Assembly (NCBI GenBank): GCA_022844165.1 | Contig: JALHMH010000001.1 | Location: forward strand, 32,001 to 96,000 | Length of the DNA: 64,000 nucleotides | Direction: 5' to 3' | Source of the DNA: Lysobacterales bacterium | Lineage (GTDB): Bacteria > Pseudomonadota > Gammaproteobacteria > Xanthomonadales > SZUA-5 | Part shown: positions 48,128 to 57,203 of the stretch, one piece after another | How the letters are laid out: each line of letters begins with the position of its first letter | Numbering within the stretch: position 1 is the first letter of the stretch | The notes under the pieces: generated by a model | What the model was told of the DNA's origin: nothing | The model's database searches: none | The model's input: the letters and a program-made list of their open reading frames with translations, nothing else | Made by a program: the position numbers and the translations under genes

Positions 48128-48848
48128 GCACGTGCTGCGCTGCGTGCGCAAATGGGCAGCCCAACGATCCTTGGCGTGCCGGGCGTGGCGCAGGCATGGC
48201 GACTTCGCCAAGCCATGCGCTCAGCGAGCCGAAGACGAAGCGCGCAACGTCGATCATGCGATTCTCATCGAGGTCGGTTGTGTTTTCGATCTGTTGAATG
48301 GTGCGTCTCCATACCTGCCCGTGCGCGCCGTCATAACAATCGAAGTATGTCACCGCGTTAGCGACAGTCTGACCCAGATGTTCGTTGAGCGCGCGGCGAA
48401 TCACTTGTCCGCCCAAGGTGGCGCCTTCGAACACATACACCACGCCGGCGCGCGTCGACTCATCGTGGCAATCCAGTTCGTCGAATACTGGCGAACTGGT
48501 ACTCCGGGGGAAGTCGCGCATACCGACGGCGGCGAGATCGGATTCAAGCTTCGGTGTGCGCTGGCAGGCGAGGTTGAAGACGGCATGTTGTGCCTGCGCC
48601 ATACGCAACTCCAGGGGTCCCACATAACCCAGCAGCCGCAGCAGCAACAGCCGATACTCATTCAGGCTGTAATCTGGCTCTAGCAGCCGGCGCATGCAGG
48701 GCACGGCCTCGATCATGTCGTGGGCCTGGCGTGTGTTTAGTCGCAAGCGCTGAATGCGCGATGTGGAGCGATCGCCATGCAGATCGCCCGATTCGCCGGA
48801 TAGCGACGCGGCTGGCAAAGTCGTTAGCAACACAGCTTTGGATCCCAT
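48120..48848 (-). CDS. bphO: Biliverdin-producing heme oxygenase
   Basis: LR..T..AH..IE (proximal His), YVFEGATLGGQVI, YF..Y.....W. Confidence 0.88.
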   Translation of the reverse strand: MGSKAVLLTTLPAASLSGESGDLHGDRSTSRIQRLRLNTRQAHDMIEAVPCMRRLLEPDYSLNEYRLLLLRLLGYVGPLELRMAQAQHAVFNLACQRTPKLESDLAAVGMRDFPRSTSSPVFDELDCHDESTRAGVVYVFEGATLGGQVIRRALNEHLGQTVANAVTYFDCYDGAHGQVWRRTIQQIENTTDLDENRMIDVARFVFGSLSAWLGEVAMPAPRPARQGSLGCPFAHAAQHVHV

Positions 48849-48910
48849 CGGCCTTGTTGGTCGACATAGTGGTGAAATGTGTGCTCACAGTCCCTACCAC
48901 TTTGGTTTTA

Positions 48911-48939
48911 TTGCACGCAAGCCCCCTGCTGACCATGCT
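48911..48939 (+). promoter_or_regulatory. Candidate sigma70-like promoter for the gvpA operon
   Basis: TTGCAC - 17 nt - CATGCT preceded by a T-rich tract. Confidence 0.3.
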
Positions 48940-49057
48940 TAGGCGGCGTCCAGGGTTTCGAGTCGGACTTGGGTGCCGCTAGTGCAAGATGCGCCGTCTG
49001 GCGGGCAAGAGCGCTCTTACAACTCGGTTTGTTGCAACTAAATTTCGGAGATTCGCC

Positions 49058-49276
49058 ATGGCACAAGTTCAGAAATCGACCGACTCTTCAAGTCTGGCCG
49101 AAGTTGTTGATCGCATCCTCGACAAAGGTATCGTGATCGATGCGTTCGTCAAGGTTTCGTTGGTGGGTATTGAATTGCTCGCGATCGAAGCGCGCGTGGT
49201 GATCGCCTCGGTCGAAACGTACTTGAAGTACGCCGAAGCGATCGGCCTGACCGCCAGCGCCGCGCAACCGGCGTAA
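49058..49276 (+). CDS. gvpA: Gas vesicle structural protein GvpA
   Basis: [55 protein letters not shown]; GGAG RBS. Confidence 0.97.
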   Translation: MAQVQKSTDSSSLAEVVDRILDKGIVIDAFVKVSLVGIELLAIEARVVIASVETYLKYAEAIGLTASAAQPA

Positions 49277-49286
49277 CAGGGTACCC

Positions 49287-49327
49287 GTTCGCCGGAGGTC
49301 CGCCTCCGGTGAACTTCTTTTCCTTTC
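49287..49327 (+). terminator. Stem-loop / partial terminator downstream of gvpA
   Basis: GTTCGCCGGAGG-tccg-CCTCCGGTGAAC followed by TTCTTTTCCTTT. Confidence 0.7.
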
Positions 49328-49348
49328 AACTGCGCAGGCGGCAAGACA

Positions 49349-49873
49349 ATGGACCAGCAGTTTCCTGGAGATATCGCGCCGCTGATGCGCGCATGCGCCG
49401 ATCTGGCGCGACGACGTGCCGACGATCTGGCGCGTGTCCGGACATCGGTAAGCCAGCTCAAGAACAATCTCGCGCGCACGCTGGTGCAGTTCGACCATGC
49501 GCGCAATGAGAGCGCGGCGCGAATTCAGGCGCTCCGCGCGCAGACGACGCAGTCGCTTGCCGATAACCGTCGTGAACGCAGCCAACAGCTTGCCGACTTC
49601 CGCGCGCGACTGGCAAAAGACCATGCTCGTACCACGGAGCAAACGCGCCAGGCCCTGGGCAGTTTTCGCGACGCGCTGCAAGCGGCGGTGAGTGACATCA
49701 AGAAACAAACTCAGGTTGCAAAGCGTGCGCGGTTCAAGACCGGTTCGTTCCGTCATGCGGCGGCACCGGCCAAGCCACCGAGCCGTCCGACATCTGTCGC
49801 AGACACGGCACCCATCGCGCGCAAGCGCAACCGGTCCGGCGCGAACGACTCGCGTAGTTTCCTCGACCTATGA
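49349..49873 (+). CDS. gvpC: Putative GvpC-like gas vesicle strengthening protein
   Basis: Lies between gvpA and gvpN; helical repeats of the L..F...R type. Confidence 0.55.
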   Translation: MDQQFPGDIAPLMRACADLARRRADDLARVRTSVSQLKNNLARTLVQFDHARNESAARIQALRAQTTQSLADNRRERSQQLADFRARLAKDHARTTEQTRQALGSFRDALQAAVSDIKKQTQVAKRARFKTGSFRHAAAPAKPPSRPTSVADTAPIARKRNRSGANDSRSFLDL

Positions 49874-51075
49874 GCACCTTTGCAGGCGTGGACGAGTTGG
49901 ATCCCGCGGGGCAAGTCTCCGTCGAACCCAGCGCTGGTTTTGTATTGACGCCGGCGGTTTCGCTGATTGCGGATCGCGCGCTGGCGTATCTGCGTGCCGG
50001 GTATCCCGTCCACCTCTGCGGCCCAACCGGCACCGGCAAGACCACGCTGGCATTTCATGTTGCCAGCAAGTTAGAGCGCCCAATCGTTCTGCTGCACGGC
50101 GATCATCAATTGACCAGCGCTGATTTGGTCGGTTCGCCCTCTGGCACGCGCACTTCGCGCGTGGTCGACAACTACATCCGGTCGGTTGTTCGCACCGAGG
50201 AGGAGCGGCGCGAGTTGTGGGTCGACAATCGGCTCACGACGGCATGCCGCTACGGGCACACGCTCATCTACGACGAATTTAATCGCACGACCGCGGAAGC
50301 CAATAACCCGCTGCTTAGCGTCTTTTCCGAAGGCATTCTGAATTTGCCGAAGGCCAGCGACGGGCGCGAAAGCTATCTGCGCGTGCATCCAAAGTTCGCA
50401 GCAATATTGACGTCGAATCCCGAAGAGTACGCTGGCGTGTTTCGCACCCCAGACGCCTTGCTGGATCGCGTCATTACCATCGTGCTCGACTATTACGACG
50501 GCGAAACCGAGACCAGTATCGTGGCAGCGCGTACTGGCGTCGATTTCGACTTCGCGCATCAGATTGTCGCGATGGTGCGTGGCTTGCGCAACGCCGGTAG
50601 CAGTGCACATCGCCCAACCATTCGCGCCGCCATCACCATCGCCAAAGTACTCAAACAGTCAGGGCTCCCCATTTCCAGCGAACCGGTCGTACGCTCGATT
50701 TTTGCCGATGTGCTCGGCGCCGATCCTTTCAAGATCTTGTTGAGCTCGACGGCACCCGGTTCTACCGGAGCGGCGGCCGATTCCCCGGCGTCGGACGAGT
50801 TCAAACCAGCCGATCAAGATTTTGATGCGGCGCCGTCAGTCGTGGTCGCCCCTGATGAGCCTGGTACAAGCGCGATGCGGGCGGAAGAAGCCCCCGACAG
50901 TCCGATACTGGAAGTGTCTGGCGCAACGATGCCAGCGGAGCTGGCGCGGGCCATGCCAGCCGAACCGCTGGATGAGCGCGAACAGAAGCGCGCGGCCCGG
51001 CAGAGAAAACGTGGCGGCCAGCCGGCAGCTGCCTGGTTGAATGCGTTCGACGAACGCAGCCCACAAACTTCCTGA
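49870..51075 (+). CDS. gvpN: Gas vesicle AAA ATPase GvpN
   Basis: YL.AGYPVHL.GPTGTGKT, WVDNRLT.AC, YDEFNR, TSNPEEYAGV. Confidence 0.95.
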   Translation: MSTFAGVDELDPAGQVSVEPSAGFVLTPAVSLIADRALAYLRAGYPVHLCGPTGTGKTTLAFHVASKLERPIVLLHGDHQLTSADLVGSPSGTRTSRVVDNYIRSVVRTEEERRELWVDNRLTTACRYGHTLIYDEFNRTTAEANNPLLSVFSEGILNLPKASDGRESYLRVHPKFAAILTSNPEEYAGVFRTPDALLDRVITIVLDYYDGETETSIVAARTGVDFDFAHQIVAMVRGLRNAGSSAHRPTIRAAITIAKVLKQSGLPISSEPVVRSIFADVLGADPFKILLSSTAPGSTGAAADSPASDEFKPADQDFDAAPSVVVAPDEPGTSAMRAEEAPDSPILEVSGATMPAELARAMPAEPLDEREQKRAARQRKRGGQPAAAWLNAFDERSPQTS

Positions 51076-51086
51076 GCGCCGAAGCG

Positions 51087-51383
51087 ATGGCCAACTTTAA
51101 ACGCGTCAAGTCCACCATACCGAGCCGCACCTGGAGCGGGCGCAAGGTCCAGGTCAGCAACCACGCGACGTACTTGAAGTTGAGCTTCTTGTCGCAAGAG
51201 CGACGGCGTCGTCAGGTAGAGTTGAACAATCTTTCGGCACGCATCGAGTTATTGAAGAAGCGCATGGTGACGATCGATCAGGAGATCGAAAAGCTAAGCG
51301 CTCAAATCGTCTCGCCGGCGCAGAGCCATGTCACAGAAGCCGATCCCGAACCGCAGCAGCGCGGTATATCGATCAAGTATTGA
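51087..51383 (+). CDS. gvpV: GvpV-like coiled-coil gas vesicle protein
   Basis: YLKL..L..ER.R...EL..L..R......R...I..E pattern directly after gvpN. Confidence 0.55.
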   Translation: MANFKRVKSTIPSRTWSGRKVQVSNHATYLKLSFLSQERRRRQVELNNLSARIELLKKRMVTIDQEIEKLSAQIVSPAQSHVTEADPEPQQRGISIKY

Positions 51384-51389
51384 GCAATC

Positions 51390-51662
51390 ATGAAAATGAG
51401 CAAGTCCCCCGTTCTGCAAATCCACGAGCAAATCAAGGGCAACCTGATCGAAATGCTCGGTGCTCGTGAATTCCGCGTCGTCGGCATGCAAAAGCTGGAT
51501 GCCGGTTGGTCGGCTGATGTCGAGGTGTACGTGCGCAATCCGCAACTGAGCATCTCGAACGACGCCGGTAGCAAGGATATGCTGACGCGCTGCCGCTACC
51601 GGGTAGACTTCGATGCGGATTTGCAGATGAGCGGCTTCACCGAGACTGAATTCGACTCATGA
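51390..51662 (+). CDS. gvpO: GvpO-like gas vesicle protein
   Basis: VVG.....GW...VEV......D.L...Y.V..D......G pattern. Confidence 0.65.
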   Translation: MKMSKSPVLQIHEQIKGNLIEMLGAREFRVVGMQKLDAGWSADVEVYVRNPQLSISNDAGSKDMLTRCRYRVDFDADLQMSGFTETEFDS

Positions 51663-52390
51663 GCCTGCTCCTGTATGGCATTACCAAGGCCGAGGTTTCG
51701 CTCCCTGGCGAACTCGCTGGCGTATCCGATGCGCCGGTGAGACCGATAGTCGTCGGTCCCGTGTCGATGTGGGCTTCGGATTACGATGGTGTAGAAGTGT
51801 CTCCGCGGCGCAAAAATCTGGCCGGTTTCCAAGGGGTTGTGAACCATATTTCGGCGCAGCACGATATGTTGCCGGCTGCATTCGGCATGCTCGCCGCCGA
51901 TGAGGACGAAGTGACCGCACTGCTGAGCCGGCATCGTGCCGTGCTGCTTTCGGAGCTCGATCGCGTCGCCGGTGCTTGCGAGTACGCCTTCCGCTTACGC
52001 TTTGTCGGCGAAAATTTGTTCGCCGATTTTGTCGAGCGCTTCGCTGAAATCCGAGCGTTGCGCGATCGCGTGTTCGAGGGCGGCAAGGCACCAACGCAAA
52101 ATGAGCGCATCCAGCTCGGCCAGAGTTTCGAGAAGCGCCTGCAGAGCGAGCGTGCGCGCATTCTGGAGTTGATGGTCAAGTGCTTCGAACCCAGCATCCG
52201 AGAATGGATGGAATTGAACTTCGAAAACGAACAAGTGCTTTGCAACGTCGCGTTGCTGGTCGATCGTGGTCAGGTCGCCGCGCTCGATGCGGCAGTCGAA
52301 GGTTTCGCTGCACGGTTCGACGACTTCCATCTGGTGGAGCTGTTGGGCCCCTGGCCGCCTTACAGTTTCGCCGAACTGCGTTTGGATTAG
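51659..52390 (+). CDS. gvpF: GvpF/GvpL family gas vesicle protein
   Basis: LYGI, LPAAFG, NVALLVDR, GPWPPYSF. Confidence 0.88.
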   Translation: MSLLLYGITKAEVSLPGELAGVSDAPVRPIVVGPVSMWASDYDGVEVSPRRKNLAGFQGVVNHISAQHDMLPAAFGMLAADEDEVTALLSRHRAVLLSELDRVAGACEYAFRLRFVGENLFADFVERFAEIRALRDRVFEGGKAPTQNERIQLGQSFEKRLQSERARILELMVKCFEPSIREWMELNFENEQVLCNVALLVDRGQVAALDAAVEGFAARFDDFHLVELLGPWPPYSFAELRLD

Positions 52391-52394
52391 TGAG

Positions 52395-52604
52395 ATGTTT
52401 GGCACTGGCTTGTTGATGGGCGTGATGCGCGAGATCGACAAGGCCGTGCAGGGTGAACTCGATAGCGAGCAAGAGGGCATCTTACGGAAACTGCGCCAGT
52501 TGCACCGAGCGATCGAACTCAAAGAAATCGATGAAGATACGTTCGAGGAGCGGGAGACGCAGCTCCTGGAGCGGCTGGAAACCATCAAACGGATGCGGCG
52601 CTGA
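52395..52604 (+). CDS. gvpG: Gas vesicle protein GvpG
   Basis: I..KL..L....E..EIDEDTFEERE..LLERL. Confidence 0.8.
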   Translation: MFGTGLLMGVMREIDKAVQGELDSEQEGILRKLRQLHRAIELKEIDEDTFEERETQLLERLETIKRMRR

Positions 52605-52625
52605 CCCAATGAGTCGTTCGAACTG

Positions 52626-52865
52626 ATGCAGCGCCATGACGCCAACGAGTTGTACCTTTCGGACCTGCTTGATCGTCTGCTGGACACCGGTGTCGTGCTG
52701 CGTGGGCACATCACGATCAGCGTTGCCGACATTGAGCTGGTGTACCTCGACATCAGTGTGGTGCTGGCGTCCGTCGAGCGCGCGTTGAAGTGGCAACACG
52801 CCGAATCGTTGGCAGATCGGCAGATACCTGGGGTGCGCAATGTCGATCGAACCGTCCTCCATTGA
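52626..52865 (+). CDS. GvpA-family accessory protein (GvpJ/M/S-like)
   Basis: LSDLLDRLLDTGVVL.G.I.ISVADIELV. Confidence 0.85.
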   Translation: MQRHDANELYLSDLLDRLLDTGVVLRGHITISVADIELVYLDISVVLASVERALKWQHAESLADRQIPGVRNVDRTVLH

Positions 52866-53157
52866 ACAGGGCCTGGCGGCCCTGCTGAGCCGCCAGAGCC
52901 GCGTCGACCTGGCCGACCCCGCCGCTGGCGTGAATGGCCTGGCGCAGCTGGTGCTTACGTTGATCAAGGTGATCCACGAGTTGCTCGAAAAACAAGCGCT
53001 GCGGCGCTTCGAGGCCGGTTCTTTGACCGATGAGGAAGCCGAAAAACTGGGCAGCGTGCTGATGGCGCAGGCCCGCGAACTGAAAGCCTTGTGCGTACAC
53101 TTCGGCCTCGACGAGCGCGACCTCACGCTCGATCTTGGCCCGCTGGGAAAACTCTAA
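52840..53157 (+). CDS. gvpK: Gas vesicle protein GvpK
   Basis: GLAQLVLTL...ELLEKQALRR...GSL...E.EKLG, DL.LDLGPLGKL. Confidence 0.92.
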   Translation: MSIEPSSIEQGLAALLSRQSRVDLADPAAGVNGLAQLVLTLIKVIHELLEKQALRRFEAGSLTDEEAEKLGSVLMAQARELKALCVHFGLDERDLTLDLGPLGKL

Positions 53158-53165
53158 GGATGCAT

Positions 53166-53501
53166 ATGTCACGCGACGAGCCACGCAACATGGTGCACTC
53201 GACCCACAGCACCAATCTGGCCGATCTGCTGGAACGATTGCTCGACAAAGGCGTGGTGATCAGCGGCGATATTCGCATCAAGTTGGTGGATATCGAATTG
53301 TTGACGATCCAGATTCGTCTGGTGATCTGCTCGGTCGATCGTGCGGTGGAGATGGGCATGGACTGGTGGCGGCACAACCAGTATTTCCAGAAGGGTACCG
53401 ATGCCGATCCGGCGCAACTGGAACGCATCGCCGATCGCCTGGATTCGCTTGAACGCCGCCTCTCGGCGCTACCTGTTGAGGTCCCTGATCGCCATGAGTG
53501 A
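53166..53501 (+). CDS. gvpJ: Gas vesicle protein GvpJ
   Basis: NLADLLERLLDKGVVISGDI...IELLTI.IRLVICSVD.A.EMG.DWW. Confidence 0.88.
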   Translation: MSRDEPRNMVHSTHSTNLADLLERLLDKGVVISGDIRIKLVDIELLTIQIRLVICSVDRAVEMGMDWWRHNQYFQKGTDADPAQLERIADRLDSLERRLSALPVEVPDRHE

Positions 53502-53997
53502 CAAGAATCTTTTTGCCGATTTGCTTCGTGGTTTGGGTGGTGCGCTTGAAAGTCTGGGTGAGGCGATCAACAAACAAACCGACGGCAAGCCGCGTGTTGA
53601 AGTGAAGCGCAGCGTCAAAATGCGCTCGGCGGATGGCAGTAGCGGTAATCCGCTGGACGATCTAAAAGATCTTGCCAATCGGCTCAAAGAAAACACCAGC
53701 CCGCCGATACCAAGATCGCGAACCTTGAAACTTGAGGTGCACGAAGAAGATAACCAGGTATTCGTGGTCATCCAGCAGGCCGGTTTGCAAGCGGACAATT
53801 TGCAGATCGCGATCGACGGAGACATGCTTGAGTTGCGGGCAGAACAACCCGAAGGCCGTTACCATGGCGAGGCGCTGTTGCCTTGCGCCGTCAAGAAAAG
53901 TTCGCAAACGCTGACCGATCGTGCCGGACTGCTCGAGCTGCGCTGGCAGAAACTACGTCTCACGCGAACTCGCGCGGCACCGAAGCGCTCACCCTGA
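53494..53997 (+). CDS. Hsp20/alpha-crystallin-like protein (GvpH-like)
   Basis: EVHEE...V.V.....G.....L.I...GD.L.L.A....RY..E..LP, GLLELR. Confidence 0.7.
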   Translation: MSDKNLFADLLRGLGGALESLGEAINKQTDGKPRVEVKRSVKMRSADGSSGNPLDDLKDLANRLKENTSPPIPRSRTLKLEVHEEDNQVFVVIQQAGLQADNLQIAIDGDMLELRAEQPEGRYHGEALLPCAVKKSSQTLTDRAGLLELRWQKLRLTRTRAAPKRSP

Positions 53998-53998
53998 T

Positions 53999-56071
53999 AT
54001 GGCCAATCCGACAACGACCCTGATCATCCGCGAGGCGCGCCCGCAGGATGTCGGAAGGCAAATCGCGCGCATCGATCCGGCCGATATTCAACGCCTTGGA
54101 CTTCAAGTCGGCGGATTCGCGACGCTGCAACAAGGCGCCCACAGCACGGTGCTGCGCGTCATGCCTGCCTTCCCCGGCGAGCGTGGCAAGCGACAGGTGC
54201 AGATCGACCCGGCAACCCGGCAATTGTTGCAGGCAAGTCTGGGTCAAGAAGCTCTGTTGACGACGGTGGAATGCCCGCCGGCCAAAGAAGTCTGGCTGCG
54301 CGTGGATGATGGCTTGCCATTGTCGAGCAGCGCACAGGACTTTCTCGCCGAGTGGGTAGACGGTCTTGCGCTCAATGTCGGTGCGCTGCTGAAGCCTGAG
54401 GTTGGCGGACAGATTCGGCGGATCGTGGTTGAGCGCCTGCGCCCGGACGGGCCGTGCGTGGCGCTGCCGGAGACGCAACTGAAAATTGAGGTTCCCCAGG
54501 CGCGTGCAGCGCGTAAAGAGGTCACGCTGTTCGACGACATTGGGGGCCTGGAACGGGAAATCGAGAGCCTGCGGCAAATCGTTGAGCTGCCACTGAAGTC
54601 GCCTCAGGTGTTTGCCAAACTCGGCATTGCAGCTCCCCGTGGCGTGCTGTTGTACGGGCCGCCAGGCACCGGGAAAACGCTGATCGCGCGCGCCGTTGCC
54701 AGTGAGAGCCGAGCGAATTTTATCGCCATCAGCGCGCCGGAAATCGTCCATAAATTTTATGGCGAAAGCGAGGCCAAACTGCGCGAGTTGTTCGATCGAG
54801 CCCGCAAGCAGGCACCGGCAATCGTGTTCATCGACGAGATCGACGCGATCGCCGCGCGTCGCGATCAGGTGCAGGGCGAAGTCGAGAAACGCATCGTTGC
54901 GCAGTTGTTGACGCTGCTCGATGGCCTCGATGGTCGCGGCCAGATCATTGTGATCGGTGCCACCAATTTGCCGCAGGTTCTCGACCCGGCTTTGCGCCGG
55001 CCGGGGCGTTTTGATCGCGAATTGCTGATCAGTTTGCCCAGCGAATCGGCGCGGCGCTCGATTCTGGGCGTGCATACCCGCGGTATGCCGCTGGCCGCGG
55101 ACGTCAACCTTGATGAGCTGAGCCGTGAAACGCGTGGTTACAGCGGCGCAGATCTCAAGGCGCTGTGCCAGGAAGCCGGCATGCGTGTCGCAACGGCCGC
55201 AGCACGAGAGCCGGCAACCGAATTGGTCCTGCGCCAGGCCAACTTCGAAGCGGCGCTGCTGGATGTCGTACCGACATCCATGCGACAAGTCGATATCGAA
55301 GTACCAAACACGCCGCTCGAAGCGATTGGTGGCTTGCAGGAGGCCAAGCGGCTGCTCTGCGAGAACATTCTTTGGCCGATCGAAACGCCAGAGTTGTATC
55401 GCCATTTCAAGGTCAATCCGGCACGTGGTCTTGTGCTTCACGGCCCGCCGGGCACCGGCAAGACCCTGCTGGCACGCGCGATTGCCAGCGCCGCCAAGGC
55501 GAATTTCCTGGCAGTCTCTGGCCCTTCGTTGTTGTCGCGTTATGTCGGCGACTCGGAGCGCGCCGTGCGCGAATTGTTCGCGCGTGCCCGCCAGGCCACG
55601 CCGTCGATCATTTTTTTCGATGAATTCGATTCACTTGCACCAGCACGAGGCCGCAACGGCAGCAGCGAAGTCAGCGAACGAGTCGTTGCGCAACTTCTCA
55701 CGGAAATCGACGGGCTGACGCCGCGAGCACCGGTATGGCTGCTTGCCGCCACCAATCGCGTGGATTTGATCGACCCGGCGCTGCTGCGCCCGGGCCGCTT
55801 CGACGCCCTGGTGCCGGTCACCCTGCCCAGCCGCGACGACTGTCTCGCGATCTTGCGTGTAGCGCTGCGCGATCGGCCGCTGCAAGCCAACCTTGATCTT
55901 GAGTCACTTGCACCGTTTTGTGTCGGCCTTAGCGGGGCAGAAATCGTCGCTCGCGTCGACGACGCTGCTCTGCGCGCCATTCGCCGGACGCGCGAATCGC
56001 CAGGTGTGGAGGCATGTCTGGAGGAGCAGGATTTGAGCGCGACTTTCGGGCGCACTCCCAAAGCCGACTGA
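53999..56071 (+). CDS. CDC48/p97-family double AAA+ ATPase
   Basis: N-domain DVGR.IARID; two GPPGTGKT Walker A motifs, FIDEID / FFDEFD, two RPGRFD. Confidence 0.92.
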   Translation: MANPTTTLIIREARPQDVGRQIARIDPADIQRLGLQVGGFATLQQGAHSTVLRVMPAFPGERGKRQVQIDPATRQLLQASLGQEALLTTVECPPAKEVWLRVDDGLPLSSSAQDFLAEWVDGLALNVGALLKPEVGGQIRRIVVERLRPDGPCVALPETQLKIEVPQARAARKEVTLFDDIGGLEREIESLRQIVELPLKSPQVFAKLGIAAPRGVLLYGPPGTGKTLIARAVASESRANFIAISAPEIVHKFYGESEAKLRELFDRARKQAPAIVFIDEIDAIAARRDQVQGEVEKRIVAQLLTLLDGLDGRGQIIVIGATNLPQVLDPALRRPGRFDRELLISLPSESARRSILGVHTRGMPLAADVNLDELSRETRGYSGADLKALCQEAGMRVATAAAREPATELVLRQANFEAALLDVVPTSMRQVDIEVPNTPLEAIGGLQEAKRLLCENILWPIETPELYRHFKVNPARGLVLHGPPGTGKTLLARAIASAAKANFLAVSGPSLLSRYVGDSERAVRELFARARQATPSIIFFDEFDSLAPARGRNGSSEVSERVVAQLLTEIDGLTPRAPVWLLAATNRVDLIDPALLRPGRFDALVPVTLPSRDDCLAILRVALRDRPLQANLDLESLAPFCVGLSGAEIVARVDDAALRAIRRTRESPGVEACLEEQDLSATFGRTPKAD

Positions 56072-56143
56072 TTGGCATCGTCTCGACGACGTATCAGAGC
56101 TTAGGTGCCGGCGGCGAGCCAGATCTGCTTGCCAAGTTGACTC

Positions 56144-56974
56144 TCAGTCCTTATTGCGCCCGTGGAACAGCTCGTCGATTTCGCGGCGCACCTGTGCTTC
56201 GATGCGTGCGCGATCCTTGAACGACAGTTCATTCTTCGTCGATTCGAACAGGTAGGTGTCGAGGTCGAACTCTTTCACGTGCATCTTGGTGTGGAAGATG
56301 TTTTCCTGGTACACGTTGACATCGAACATCTCGTAGCGGTTCTTGATCGGTCGCGACAAAAAGTCCTGGATCGAATTGATGCGGTGATCGATGTAATGCT
56401 TGCGGCCGCGCACGTCGCGCGTCGCGCCGCGCACGCGATAGTCCATGATCACGATGTCCGACTCGAAGCTGTCGATCAAGTAATTCAACGCCTTCAGCGG
56501 CGAAATAACGCCACATGTGGCAACGTCGATATCGGCACGGAAGGTACTGATGCCATTGAACGGATGGCTTTCAGGGTAGGTATGCACGGTGATGTGGCTC
56601 TTGTCCAGGTGCGCAACCACACTGGCCTCTGAGCCTTCCATCTCGTCGCTCTCGCGCATCGCATCTTTGAGCATCTCGCGGCCGACATCCGCGCGGTCGA
56701 TGACCGGCTGTTCGGAAATCAGAATCGTGACGCTCGCGCCTTGCGGATCGTAGTCTTGACGCGCAACATTCAAGATGTTTGCGCCGATGATGTCGGCGAC
56801 TTCCGTGAGGATTTCCGTCAATCGCTCGGCGTTGTACGCCTCGTCGATGTACTCGATGTAGCGGTTGCGCTGCTCCTCGGTGACCGCATAGCAGATGTCG
56901 TAAATGTTAAAGCTCAGCGCTTTGGTGAGATTGTTGAAACCCTGGAGTTTCAGGCGCGGCAACGGTTTGACCAT
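56144..56974 (-). CDS. speD: S-adenosylmethionine decarboxylase proenzyme
   Basis: [40 protein letters not shown]. Confidence 0.96.
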   Translation of the reverse strand: MVKPLPRLKLQGFNNLTKALSFNIYDICYAVTEEQRNRYIEYIDEAYNAERLTEILTEVADIIGANILNVARQDYDPQGASVTILISEQPVIDRADVGREMLKDAMRESDEMEGSEASVVAHLDKSHITVHTYPESHPFNGISTFRADIDVATCGVISPLKALNYLIDSFESDIVIMDYRVRGATRDVRGRKHYIDHRINSIQDFLSRPIKNRYEMFDVNVYQENIFHTKMHVKEFDLDTYLFESTKNELSFKDRARIEAQVRREIDELFHGRNKD

Positions 56975-57203
56975 GGCTGGCTCTCTTAGTGGCAAGTGGG
57001 CGGCTCGTACCCGCCGATGACGGCGGAGTACGTGGCACGCGTATTCAGGCAAACGTGGGCTCGATGGGATCAGGCTCGCGTTGCGCAACCGGCGCCCGCT
57101 TCCTGCGCCTTTCGACGGGCGCGGATTATGTGCTAATCATGTTTACGTCGATAGCGCTTCTGGTTTTGCTATGTTTCGCACGGGTTCAGCCAAGGAACGC
57201 GCA

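Noticed and set aside
48849-49057. Sigma54 promoter upstream of gvpA
   Set aside because: No convincing TGGCAC-N5-TTGC element was found, and no enhancer-binding protein is encoded in the block.
25935-56071. Calling the accessory block a mobile element or genomic island
   Set aside because: No integrase, transposase, tRNA target or flanking direct repeat was found, and base composition looks similar to the flanks by eye. Mobility is unsupported.
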